A stretch of DNA of 64,000 bases from positions 39,184,001 to 39,248,000 of the forward strand of contig NC_043007.1 in the NCBI RefSeq assembly GCF_006345805.1, read 5' to 3'. The notes beneath the pieces were generated by a model. That model made no database searches. It was not told where the DNA came from and saw nothing but the letters and a program-made list of their open reading frames with translations. This stretch comes from Octopus sinensis. Taxonomy: Eukaryota. The stretch's first letter is position 1; the number at the start of each line of letters is the position of its first letter. This document shows positions 38,387-49,205 of the stretch, one piece after another. Position numbers and translations under genes: made by a program.

Positions 38387-41036
38387 CACACACACTAAAC
38401 ACAACAATAAACAATTACCCGCTGTTCAGTTCTAGCATTTGGGGCTGAAGCGACAGCCGGAACAGCAGCAGCAGCGGCTGTGGCAGGCTTCGGCAGTTGC
38501 ACGGTAGATGGTGGAGTAGTAGCCATTGGCTTTGAGGGGAGAGGAGTCACTGGTGGTGGTGTGCTTGGTATAGGTCCAGCAGCCGCTGCAGCTGGTGGAG
38601 GTGGTGGTGGTGAAGTCTCGGCAGCAGCAGCGGCAGGTGGTGGCGCCGGTGCTGCAGCAGCACTTGGTGCAGCTCCACCAGCTGTAAAATAAAACAAATT
38701 AATTAAAAGTAATTTAAGAATAATGAATTTTTTTTATTAAAAAAAAAAGGGAAAAATAAGTTGCTACCAAGCCCACAAATCTGAAGAGGAATTTGCAGTT
38801 TACTGAATTGTTTTCATCCCCAATATATGACTGGTAGAGCAATATGTTTTCTCAAACATCAGAAGAGATGGGCATTTGCTCCTATAGGATTTGAATTTGG
38901 ACAAGTTTTTAAAGGTGAGCAAAACTAAATATTCGAGGGGAATCAATATTAACAGAGGCATATTGGTTAAAATTGTCAACATTAACAGAAGCACGTGGTT
39001 ATAAGAGTCAACATTTAAGAAATAGTTGGTGATAAGAGTCACCATTTAGGAAATATGTGGTGATAAGAGTCAATGCTAATAGAGGCATGTGATTATGAGA
39101 TTCAACATTTTGCCATACCCCATATCGAAAAAAACGCATTTGGTCAAATTTGGACATACGGCAGTTTAACAGAATAGCAATGATATATACACAATAATAA
39201 AAACAGGAAAAGCATTAATTTCACAGATAGACCATAATATAATTACTTTCAACAGCTGTTTCATTAGGAATAAACATTATTAATTCTATGGTTATGTAAT
39301 TAAGATACCTAATTAGTATAAATTAGTTAAAATTAAATTTAAAGCAATCTTAAATGAGGATGATGATGTTTCTAGCCCAAATGAACATCCCAGACCATCA
39401 GGAATACAAGTCTGTGCTAGCTATAAACTGTTGCTGATTTAAATACAAGTACATTGGATTTATTACAATGTTATATCAGGTTGGAATTAGTTTAATGACC
39501 TATTATAAATTACCATGTATACATATATATTTTTATTGTTTTATACATCATCCCTTTTCAGCATATATATATATATATGTACACACACACACACACACAC
39601 ACACAGAAAATGGTATGCTTGCCTGAAAGTTTAAGTTTAAACAATTTCTGTTCAGCTTCCACTTTTTCACCATCCTCAACGAAAAATTCTTCAATGACGC
39701 CTGCCACAGGTGATGGCACTGGGATGGTTGTCTGCAAATGAAGTAGACAGATGGATAATGCAATGGACTAGGAATAATAAACAAGCAACATTGAAAAAAT
39801 TTACCACTATTTGGTTTAACCTTTTAGCATTTAGACCGATCGTATCCAGCCAAAATATTCTGCCTCTTTTATGTTCAAACTGGCCAGATCCAACATCTTA
39901 TACCTACCCTACAGTGTCATTCTAAAAATAAACAATCACATCATCAAATTCTCAGACCTACAAAATAATCTTTTCTACTCTAGGCACAAGGCCAGCCTCA
40001 AGGTGGCAGATTCCAATTTGACACAACAAATGAAAAGTTCACTCATACACCAAGTTCATTACTTTAACCACTTGTCACACTGACTTGAGATATCACCAGC
40101 TTCTTGAACATGGTTGGGCTCTTTTGTGTTCAGAGCCAGGGAAGAGCTGAAGGCCTCTTGCAGGGAAATGTCACCTGTGACCAAGGACAAGAAACCTTAA
40201 TGTCAGACATCATCAGTATGGTTGAAGTCATCTAACAAGTCTAAGGTGTCTTCAAGGACAATTCCAGCAGATTGATAAGGGCCATCGCTGATCATCTTAA
40301 GGTGGTTGATTCCACTATCAGACATGTACTACATGAGAACATCAGGTATAAATCTTATATGATGAGGAGAAGGCAGTTCATGTCCAGCAAGCTCTGTGAG
40401 ACCCATGTAATTATATGACCACTACCAACATATGGGCACCTAGTTCTCCTGATTAGAACTCCTTGGACAGTTACACTAAGAGAATCGTTGTGTGTGAGAA
40501 AGGTAGCCCTATGTTGCAAAGGGATTGATACAGGTGGCCAATGGGGATGTTTTGAGACCGTCTGATCCTGGCATGTACTTACTTCTGCAGCTGCAGAATG
40601 GCCTGTTTCTTTTGTTAAACCATTTGGGTGTCTTTGATTCGCTTGTGTTTTATTTTGTTCTGGTTGCCTAGTACACCTACTGTGTGAGCGTGTGTGTGTG
40701 TCAGTTTTATGTTTAAACTCTGGATTATTCCGCAGGCGTGGTTGTGTGGTAAGAAGCTTGCTTCCTAACTGCATGGTTCCAAGGTCAGTCCCACTGCATG
40801 GCACCTTGGGTGCTTGTCTTCTGCTATAGCCTTGTGAGTGGATTTGGTAGAAAGAAACTGAAAGAAGCCTCATCACATGTGTGTGTGTGTGCGCATGTGT
40901 GTCCCTCAACAATGCTTGACAACTGGTGAAGATGTGTTTACCTTCCTGTAACTTAGCAGTTCAGCAAAAGAGATCAATAAAAGTATCAGGTTTTAAAAAA
41001 AATAATAAGTACAGGGATCAATTTAAACATAAAACT

Positions 41037-41067
<31 letters not shown>

Positions 41068-42169
41068 GGTGTACTAGGCAACCAGAACAAAATAAAACAT
41101 AAGCGAATCAAAGACACCCATTCAGCTAAAACATTCTTCAAGGCGGTGCCCCAGCATGGCCACAGTCTAATGACTGAAACAAGTAAAAGATAAAAGATAC
41201 CTTGTCAGTCTCGATTTCAGCAACGACATCATCAACAGCCACTGAATCACCAATTGCTGTTAAAAAACAAGAAAATCAATATAAAATGCCAAAAAAAAGA
41301 AAGAAAGAAAAAAGAAACAGTCTAGGTCATTGACTGCTTTAATCAGTATCGATTACTTTAATCAATATTGAAAAAGATACATAAAGTAATATGGTAAGAA
41401 GAAAGTTTCAGAGAAAAGGTACATTTTTAAATGAATTAAAAAGCCCAAAAAAAATCTATGGAAAAATATTTTCTCCCCAAGAAATTTATTAATTTAACAA
41501 CTAAATTTTTCCACTGGTAACTAATTTTGTTTTTAGTGTATATTTTTTTTATTGTCCAGCATAAGTGTTTGACACAGCTTTTGCATGTGTGTGCGAGTGT
41601 ATGTGTGTGTGAGAGAGAGAGAAAGAGAGAAAGAGAGTGGGAAGGAAAAATAACAAGAGAGAGAAAGAGAAAGATACACATGGAGAGAGAGGAAGAGGAA
41701 AATACAGAAAGATGGATAAAGAGAGAAAGATAGATAGGTAGATAGATACAGAGGGGGAGGAGGAAAAGGAAAATGTGGAAAGATAAGTAAAGAGAGGGAG
41801 TCACACAGATATATATGTGTATATATATACATACATATATATATATATACATATATATATACATATATATATATATAAAGAGAGAGAGCGAGAGAATGTG
41901 ATTTTAAATTGTTACATTAATGATGGTTCTAGAGATGAAGTTTGTTTAATCAAAAAAGAAAAACACACGCATACATAAACACAAACACTGACACACGTGC
42001 ATACGCCAACACACTCGCATACAGCAATATATACGAGAAAGCACAAACATTAATGAACAATATAAGCAAATATCGGTCAGAAGAACATCTTCACCTTTGA
42101 CCCAGACAATGTCGCCTTCAGTAACAGATTCTGCAAAATGTGGAGTCAGAACAATATGGAAGTCGTCAA
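27277..42169 (-). CDS. DLST: Dihydrolipoyllysine-residue succinyltransferase (OGDH complex E2), mitochondrial; spliced gene, 9 mapped coding exons, 5' transit-peptide exons not resolved
   Basis: Exons of 75, 56, 109, 263, 98, 199, 84, 168 and 135 nt join in frame with compatible phases. They encode the lipoyl domain (FAESVTEGD...EIETDK), an Ala/Pro linker and the catalytic domain ([15 protein letters not shown]...[12 protein letters not shown]). Confidence 0.97.
27500..27825 (-). mobile_element. tRNA-derived SINE family E (DLST last intron)
   Basis: ccatgggattgtacctagaaagtt...ggaatcggactc...gagccatatg; related copies at 45560-45892(-), 42871-43211(+). Confidence 0.85.
28456..28676. mobile_element. 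piggyBac-type MITE (related copies at ~39817-39960, ~49855-50075, ~51550-51630)
   Basis: TTAA|CCCTTTAG ... CTAAAGGG|TTAA. Confidence 0.8.
28877..29044 (-). CDS. DLST: DLST exon: [56 protein letters not shown]
   Basis: gtctag acceptor, AAG|gtatgt donor, 168 nt. Confidence 0.98.
29721..29804 (-). CDS. DLST: DLST exon: [28 protein letters not shown]
   Basis: ctacag acceptor, AAG|gtcagt donor, 84 nt. Confidence 0.97.
29999..30197 (-). CDS. DLST: DLST exon: [31 protein letters not shown]...[15 protein letters not shown]
   Basis: tgttgcag acceptor, AAG|gttaga donor, 199 nt, phase 2->0. Confidence 0.97.
30345..30417 (+). ncRNA. Type I hammerhead ribozyme-like motif inside a ~190-bp repeat in a DLST intron (antisense to DLST)
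   Basis: Core CUGAUGA (30361-67); 6-bp stem II with GGAA loop; GAAA (30384-87); stem III 4/5 pairs with CUGA loop; AUA cleavage triplet (cut after 30401); proximal stem I plus distal GGTTGAG/CTCAACC. Confidence 0.7.
31439..31536 (-). CDS. DLST: DLST exon: [32 protein letters not shown]
   Basis: Pyrimidine tract plus aag acceptor, AG|gtgagt donor, 98 nt, phase 0->2. Confidence 0.96.
31850..32300. mobile_element. SINE family C with an internal ~53-bp GC-rich tandem array and (CAT)n end
   Basis: About 5 copies of gtccgttgccagcctcgcctggccccgtgccggtggcacgtaaaagcaccatcc; related copies at 33770-34015, 36235-36340, 38100-38260, 50300-50570, 53225-53410. Confidence 0.85.
35228..35337. repeat. 28-bp tandem repeat x4
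   Basis: gatatcatatgacatagaacaagcaaat repeated. Confidence 0.9.
36043..36218. mobile_element. MITE with ~40-bp TIRs (related partial copy at ~1340-1495)
   Basis: ttgtgtctggggagagacattctcttt versus aaagaaaatgactttccctagacacaa. Confidence 0.65.
36855..37080 (+). mobile_element. Mariner-derived MITE (decayed)
   Basis: TIR gagggggtgctgaaaagttcct and decayed partner near 37050-37075; residual [20 protein letters not shown]. Confidence 0.6.
38419..38681 (-). CDS. DLST: DLST Ala/Pro-rich flexible linker exon ([16 protein letters not shown]...NARTEQR)
   Basis: ttttacag acceptor, CGG|gtaatt donor, 263 nt, phase 1->0; overlaps ORF 38395..38697. Confidence 0.93.
39623..39731 (-). CDS. DLST: DLST exon: [36 protein letters not shown]; ends at a GC donor
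   Basis: tttgcag acceptor; the lipoyl domain C-half ends at CAG|gcaagc, whose phase 1 matches the next exon. Confidence 0.9.
41201..41256 (-). CDS. DLST: DLST exon with lipoyl-lysine: [19 protein letters not shown]
   Basis: ttttaacag acceptor, AAG|gtatct donor, 56 nt, EIETDK lipoylation motif. Confidence 0.96.
42095..42169 (-). CDS. DLST: DLST exon (start of lipoyl domain): [25 protein letters not shown]
   Basis: tatatttcag acceptor, AAAG|gtgaag donor, phase 1->1, 75 nt. Confidence 0.93.
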
Positions 42170-44452
42170 CTGAAATATAAAGAGAAAGAGAGAAAGAATT
42201 AGTATAAATGAAGGAAAGGTTTGACTTCTTCACATTACCATATACACTTCTCATACTAACTGGTGCTCCATCGGTTATGATGACAAGTGTTACAGATGAT
42301 CTGATCAACAGAACAGCCTACTCGTGGGATTAACATGCAGGCGGTTGAGCACTTCACAGACATGTATACCTATTTCTTTACTACCCACAAGGAGCTAAAC
42401 ACAGAGAGGACAAATAAGGACAGACAAACGGATTAAGTCGATTATATCGACCCCAGTGAGTAACTGGTACTTATTTAATCGACCCCGAAAGGATGAAAGG
42501 CAAATTTGAACTCAGAACGTAACGGCAGACGAAATACCTATTTCTTTACTACCCACAAGGGGCTAAACACAGAGAAGACAAATAAGGACAGACAAATGGA
42601 TTAAGTCGATTATTTCGACCCCAGTGAGTAACTGGTACTTATTTAATCGACCCCGAAAGGATGAAAGGCAAAGTCGACCTCAGCAGAATTTGAACTCAAA
42701 ACATAGCAGCAGAATAAATACCGCTAAGCATTTCGCCTGGCATGCTAACGTTTCTGCCAGCTCTCCGCCTTACAGATATGTATACCCTTAATGTAGTTCT
42801 GAGGGAGATTCAATGTGAAACAGAATATGACAAGGTTGGCTCTTTGAAATACAGGTACTACTCATTTCTGTACATGGTGCATGGTTCAGTGGTTAGAGTG
42901 TAGAGATCACAATCATGACGTAATGAGTTTGATTCCTGGATCGGGCTGTGTGTTGCTTTCTTGAGCAAGACACTTTATTTTATGTTGCTCCAGTTCACTG
43001 AGCTGCTGAAATGAATTGTGATGTCACTGGTGCCAAACTGTATAGGATCTTTTGCCTTTCCCTTAGATAACATCAGTGGCATAGAGAGATGGGTCTGGTA
43101 TGCATGGATGACTGCTGGTCTTCCATAAACAACCATGTCTGGACTTGTGCCTCGGAGGGGAACTTTCTACATGCAATCCCATGGCCATTCATGACAGAAG
43201 GGGTTCTATTTTACTCAGTTCTGCAGCTGAGTCGACTGGGGCAATGTGAAATAAAGTGCCTTGCTTAAAGACACAATGTGCCACCAGGAATTGAACTCAT
43301 GATCTTACCATCATGAACTGAATATCCTAACCAACAAGCCATGTGCTTTCACACTTCTCATAGAAACACCCGCATAATCTCACAATCACTGGTATCATCA
43401 AAAAGCAGAGTGATCATTCATGTGGCTGTTTTTCTGATAGCAATAGCAACCAAATCTTTCTAATCACACTGTATTGTCTAAGAAAAGGAAGGACACACTG
43501 GATTATGTAGCCTTTGACATTGATAGACTGTGTCCGAAATACTGATGGATAGTGATGGGTGAAACACCATCGATCCTATCTCTGATTAATCAGGAATGTT
43601 AAGGGACTAAACATTAACAACAATGAAAGGAGTTTCAGTGTGAATAGTCTTTAAACCCCCCCCCCCCAAAAAAAAACAAAGAAAAACCCCCCAAAACCAG
43701 CACATGGCATAATGCAGCAATGTAGTTCTAGATACACAATGTCATGGTTAAAACACCTTTAATTTACCCATAAAAAGAAGTCCGCATTACTACACTGAAG
43801 TAAAAGTAAATAATATTGATACTTTAGACAAGTTGGCCCTTTGTCAAGGTAAACTTAAGAGAACATAATTGTGCTGCATTTATAAATCTTCTTTACTTAT
43901 GTTTACCTTACTTCAGTGCAGGTCTGCTTGTTTCAATGATGTGATTATGTTGATGATGGGCCGAAACACAGAGATATTATTACATGTAAGATATGATGTA
44001 GGTGTGACTTAGACTTAGGTTTGTCATAAGCCTTATGGCATATAAATGATTGAGGTTAAAACACACCCCACTGAATAGGATGCCAGTCTGTTGCAAGGAT
44101 AACTTCCCAGCTATTGCAGGAAATCATTTACAGGTGGGGGTGGGGGTGAAGCAGCATGAAACAAAGTGTTTTGCTCAACAAGAACAGAACTTACTGCCCA
44201 ATCCAGGAATCGAAATCACAATGTTATGATAATGAGCATTGCAGCACCCTAACCACTAGGCCACACTGTTTTTGGTATACATGTGGGACATGGGTGAAAT
44301 TTACAACCCCAATCCCTACCACCAGCATCAAAAGTGAGCCATTATAAAAAGCTGTTGGTGTTTAGTTTAGGAAGTCCCTTTTTGGCTTGGAATTTTGCTG
44401 TTGTAGATGATACTTTTTTTAAGTGAATCACCATTTTGTCTACTAGTCTTAC

Positions 44453-44525
44453 TTCTCCACTACAGATAAAAATCTGTAAATTCTAGTGACAACTAGAATT
44501 CCAGAATTCCATGGCCAATGTAAAC
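44453..44525 (-). CDS. Candidate upstream DLST transit-peptide exon (xLHWPWNSGILVVTRIYRFLSVVE)
   Basis: Long polypyrimidine tract plus TAG acceptor, GAA|gtaaga donor, one open frame at phase 1->2; no recognisable homology and the linking 2->1 exon was not found. Confidence 0.35.
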
Positions 44526-46495
44526 CTAGAATATGGAGGAGATAAAAAAAAATAGATAAATCCAAACATTAGGAAATTAACCTGGATTTGTACCATTTCT
44601 GCTACCAGTTGATTAATGTTTTTGCTCATAATGATTCCTCAAATTGCTACAATTTCAATAACTTCTTTGGTAGCTGTGCCATCAAGTTTACCAAATATTG
44701 ATAATATGAGGTAATAAGCATTTTAAATGTAGGCACAAGGCCAGAAATTGGGGGTGGGAAGGGAAGAATTTGTTGATTACATCAACTCCAGTACCTGACT
44801 GGTACTTATTTTAATGAGCCCAAGGGGGCAAAAAGTGAAGCTGACCTCAGCAGAATTAGAACTCAGAAGAAATGCCCTAACAATTCTACCAGTTCACTGC
44901 CTAAATGATAATAACAATAATCCTTTCTTTTATTTTCCAAATTTTAGAAGGCGGGTCTAGTCAATTACATAGACCCCAGGACTCAACTGGTACTTATTTT
45001 TATTGATCCCAAAATACTGAAAGGCAAAGTCAGCCTTGGTGGAATTTGAACTCAGAATGTAAAGCCAAAAGAAAAGCTGCTAAACATTTTGTCCAATGTG
45101 CCAACAATTCCACCAGCTTGCTGCCATAAGTGACTTGCATCAGCTGGGAAATGAACCTGGGTGCCTACATGACAGATGAGCATTTTACTATTGAAAGACT
45201 GATGCTGAATAACAACAATAACAATAACAACAATAATAATAATAATAATAATAATAATGATAATTGGTGTGTTGAGAATGATAAAGAAGGGAGCTGAGAA
45301 GTATATAAAGTAACTCCCTGGTAACTCCAATCTCCGTGAACAACAAAAGATAACTTTGATGGATACAGCCCATATACTATGGAAAGCAGTCTCCATCTAA
45401 AACAGAATAAATCTGGTGATAATTTTAGCATGCATAAGCAAAACAAAGTAGCCCTTGCTACTTTTGGCCTCCACAGGAACCCCCAGTACTAAGACAGCTG
45501 AAATAAAGTTATAATGAAAAGAAACCGTAAATAATAATAATAATGATGGGGAGGGAGACCCATCCCCCTTCAGTCATGAATAACCATGGGATTGCACCTA
45601 GAAAGTTACCCTCTGAGGTACAAGTCTGGGCAAGGTTGTTTATGGAAGGCCAGCAGTTGCCCATGCATACCAGCCTCCCCTCTCCACACCACTGATGTTA
45701 TCCAAGGGAAAGACAAAGGCCAATACAGCTTGGCACCAGTGATGTCGCAACTCATTTCCACAGTTGAGTTAACTGGAGCAATGTGAAATAAAGTGTCTTG
45801 ATTACACAACATGCAGCCCGGTCCGGGAATCAAACTCATAACCTCACGATCGTAAGCTCTATGCTCTAACCATAGAGACATGCCCCTTCACTAACAACAA
45901 TCCCTGTTTAATATAGACACAAGGTCTGAAATTTTGTGTGCGTGTGGGAGGGATAGTTGAGATTACACTGTCGCCAATGCTCAGCTGGCACTTATTTCAT
46001 CAACCTCAAAGAGATGAAAAACAAAGCTGACCTTGGTTGAATTAATAATAATAATAATAATAATAGTGCGACTGTTATTGAATGAACAATATTTTGACAC
46101 TTCGTGTGTCTTCCACAAGTTCAAAATAATCGTCTCAATCTACTTCATTTTGGTAGGAGTAACATCAATCCTTAAATATTACAAAATGTGAAGTAGATTG
46201 AGATGATTATTTTGGACTTGTGGAAGACACATGAAGCGTCAAAATATTGATCATTCGATAACAGTCGCACTCTTCTTATTGTTCCTTTACCTTCGGGAGG
46301 AATAACGTCAATCCTTAAATATTATTAATAATAATAATAACAATAATAATAATAATTCTTTCAAAATTTTGGCACAAGGTCAACAATTTTGAGAGGAAAA
46401 GGCAAGTCAATTACATTGACGCCAATACTTGACTGGTACCTAACTCAATCAACTCTAGTGGGATGAATTTTTTCGATGCAATTCTGCCAACTTGC

Positions 46496-46496
46496 C

Positions 46497-46527
<31 letters not shown>

Positions 46528-46572
46528 TAATAATAATAATAATAATAATAATGATGATGATGATGATAATAA

Positions 46573-46606
<34 letters not shown>

Positions 46607-46865
46607 GTAACAAAAACAACAACCACAACAATAATAACAACAACAATCCTTTCTACAATAGGCACAAGGCCTGAAATTGGGTGGAAGGGGACAGTCGGTT
46701 ACATCAACCCCAGTGTCTCACTGGTACTTAATTTATCGACCCTGAAAGGTTAAGTCAACATAGGTGGAATCTGAACTTGGAATGTAAAGGCAGATGGAAT
46801 AATGCTAAGCGTTTTTGTCTAGCATGCTAATGATTCTGTCAGGTCACTGCCTTTATAATAATAAT

Positions 46866-46899
<34 letters not shown>

Positions 46900-46940
46900 T
46901 TAATAATAATATAATAATAATAATAATAATAATAATTTGA
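46496..46940. repeat. (AAT)n arrays flanking a SINE
   Basis: 46496-46645 and 46850-46940. Confidence 0.95.
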
Positions 46941-47420
46941 TTACTATTTCTAACATATGTAAAAGGCTACAAATTGGGGAGGGAGGATTAGCTAATTAGA
47001 TTGACTTGAGGCAGGAAGAAGGCCAAACGTGGCCTCCAAATCTCATTTGTTTATACACATACATACACACTACATATACATCACAAAGAGCACACACACA
47101 CATACACTTACCTTATGCACATAACATATATTGTAAATGACGCATATACATCACAAACACGACACCCCCACCAACTTCTGGCACACCTTACTCATCAGTA
47201 AAAGAGTTAAACCAATGAAAATTTCAAGAACCTGATTGAAGTCACATCATCCAGGTGTTGTGTCACAAGAGAGGGGAGCAGGAGGAGGGTAGGTAAGTAG
47301 GTAGAAATGATGGACTACCACCTCCCCGCTCCTTCCACCTGCCTCGTCTCCACACCGACCCTCACCCCTCACCGGAAAGATCTGTTTTGTTTTGACAGAC
47401 TTTTCAAGATATTCAAGGGC

Positions 47421-47456
<36 letters not shown>

Positions 47457-47582
47457 TACATACACACATGGACAGACACAGGGCTACATGGACACACAGA
47501 CACACACACACTCAACATTATTCCTATGTCATTTATGTTTCAGCATATGAAAAATTCTTTCTTCAAACACCATAAATATAAA

Positions 47583-47618
<36 letters not shown>

Positions 47619-47819
47619 TCACACTCACTCTCACACACACTCACTCACACTCACTCACTCACACACACACACACATTCCAGTCATTAAGACAGCAAGGAA
47701 ATTCTCCATTTTTTACATACACATGTAAACACAAACACATGCATCTCAAGAAATACATAAACACTTTAAATACATAGGTACACAATACTCACTCACTCAT
47801 TTTTCTTTCTCTTCCCTCG

Positions 47820-47851
<32 letters not shown>

Positions 47852-48588
47852 AATGCAGATATACAAATACATACACATCAACACACAAATTATATATATA
47901 CATATACATATATATATATGCATATCATATATATATATATATACATATTATATACATATACATATCATACACACACACACACATATATATATATACACAT
48001 ACACACACAAATATATACACAACAAAGTTGGTTTGTGTAACTAACATTTTTGAAATGAAAACAAAATTCTTTGTTGACGGATTTCCATCAATAATTATAT
48101 CTGTGAGTCACAAACATCACTCCCTCCCTCCTTCCCCTCTCTCACACACACATGTACCACACACACACACACCCTTCCCTCTTTCCCCTCTCTCTCTCTT
48201 TCTCACACACACACATACACACACACACACAATCTACAGTCTCTATACTTTGGACATACGTGAGAAATCGTTGACACCACTGTAATGGTGATTGGCCTTT
48301 TTGCGTTGGTATTGATCTTAAACCCCAGGCCACAGTCTGACCAAGCAAACCTAACAACATGAAAGGCCTTTCCACGTGTGACTATTCCATCTATTTCATA
48401 CCAGCAGAAAACTGAAGACTATGTTATACAATTTCTCCTTTCCAGCTTTTATTTTTCAGTCTTGCGATGGACACAGGCATGGATGAGTGGTATAAAGTTA
48501 GCTTCCCAACCTCAGGGTTCTGAGTACAATCCCACAGTGTAGCGACTTGGGTAAGTGAATCTGAAACTGTGTGGGAGCCCTTCATGTA

Positions 48589-48624
<36 letters not shown>

Positions 48625-48795
48625 GGCGCAGGAGTGGCTGTGTGGTAAGTAGCTTGCTTACCAACCACATGGTTCTGGGTTCAGTGCCACTGCGTGACAC
48701 CTTGGGCAAGTGTCTTCTACTATAGCCTCGGGCCAACCAAAGCCTTGTGAATGGATTTGGTAGACGGAAACTGAAAGAAGCCCGTCGTATACATG

Positions 48796-48827
<32 letters not shown>

Positions 48828-49205
48828 CGTGTATGTTTGTGTGTCTGTGTTTGTCCCCCTAACATTGCTTGACAACCGATGCTGGTGTGTTATGTCGCCG
48901 TCATTTAGCAGTTCGGCAAAAGAGACCGATAGAATAAGTACTGGGCTTACAAAGAATAAGTCCCGGGGTCGAGTTGCTCGATTAAAGGCGGTGCTCCAGC
49001 ATGGCCGCAGTCAAATGACTGAAACAAGTAAAAGAGTAAAAGAGTATATATATATATATATATATATACACGGCAAAAGAGACCAAGAGAATAAGTACTA
49101 GGCTTACAAAGAGTAAGTCCTGGGGTCGATTTGCTCGACTAAAGGCGGTGCTCCAGCATGGCCACAGTCAAATGACTGAAACAAGTAAAAGAGTAAAAGA
49201 TAAAA
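48625..49205 (+). mobile_element. tRNA-derived SINE family A, full length with tandemly duplicated 3' end
   Basis: Head gcaggagtggctgtgtggt...ggttcagt; related copies at ~936-1097(+), 5497-5823(-), 12312-12666(-), 16190-16563(+), 23623-23830(-), 24263-24425(-), 30525-30931(+), 40732-41195(+), 60530-60688(-). Confidence 0.9.

Noticed and set aside
40355-40912. 185-aa minus-strand ORF
   Set aside because: Built from a SINE plus intron sequence; no domain similarity recognised.
42239-42255. 17-nt DLST microexon (MRSVY) with a good donor and a 69-nt intron
   Set aside because: It overlaps the SINE target-site duplication, and its acceptor comes from the SINE end with no pyrimidine tract; not excluded without cDNA.
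43950-43970. TTGATGA-TGGGCC-GAAA motif
   Set aside because: No workable stem II, stem III or stem I.
47190-47236. Possible DLST exon VLEIFIGLTLLLM with a gtaagg donor
   Set aside because: Weak acceptor, and the peptide does not resemble a mitochondrial transit sequence.
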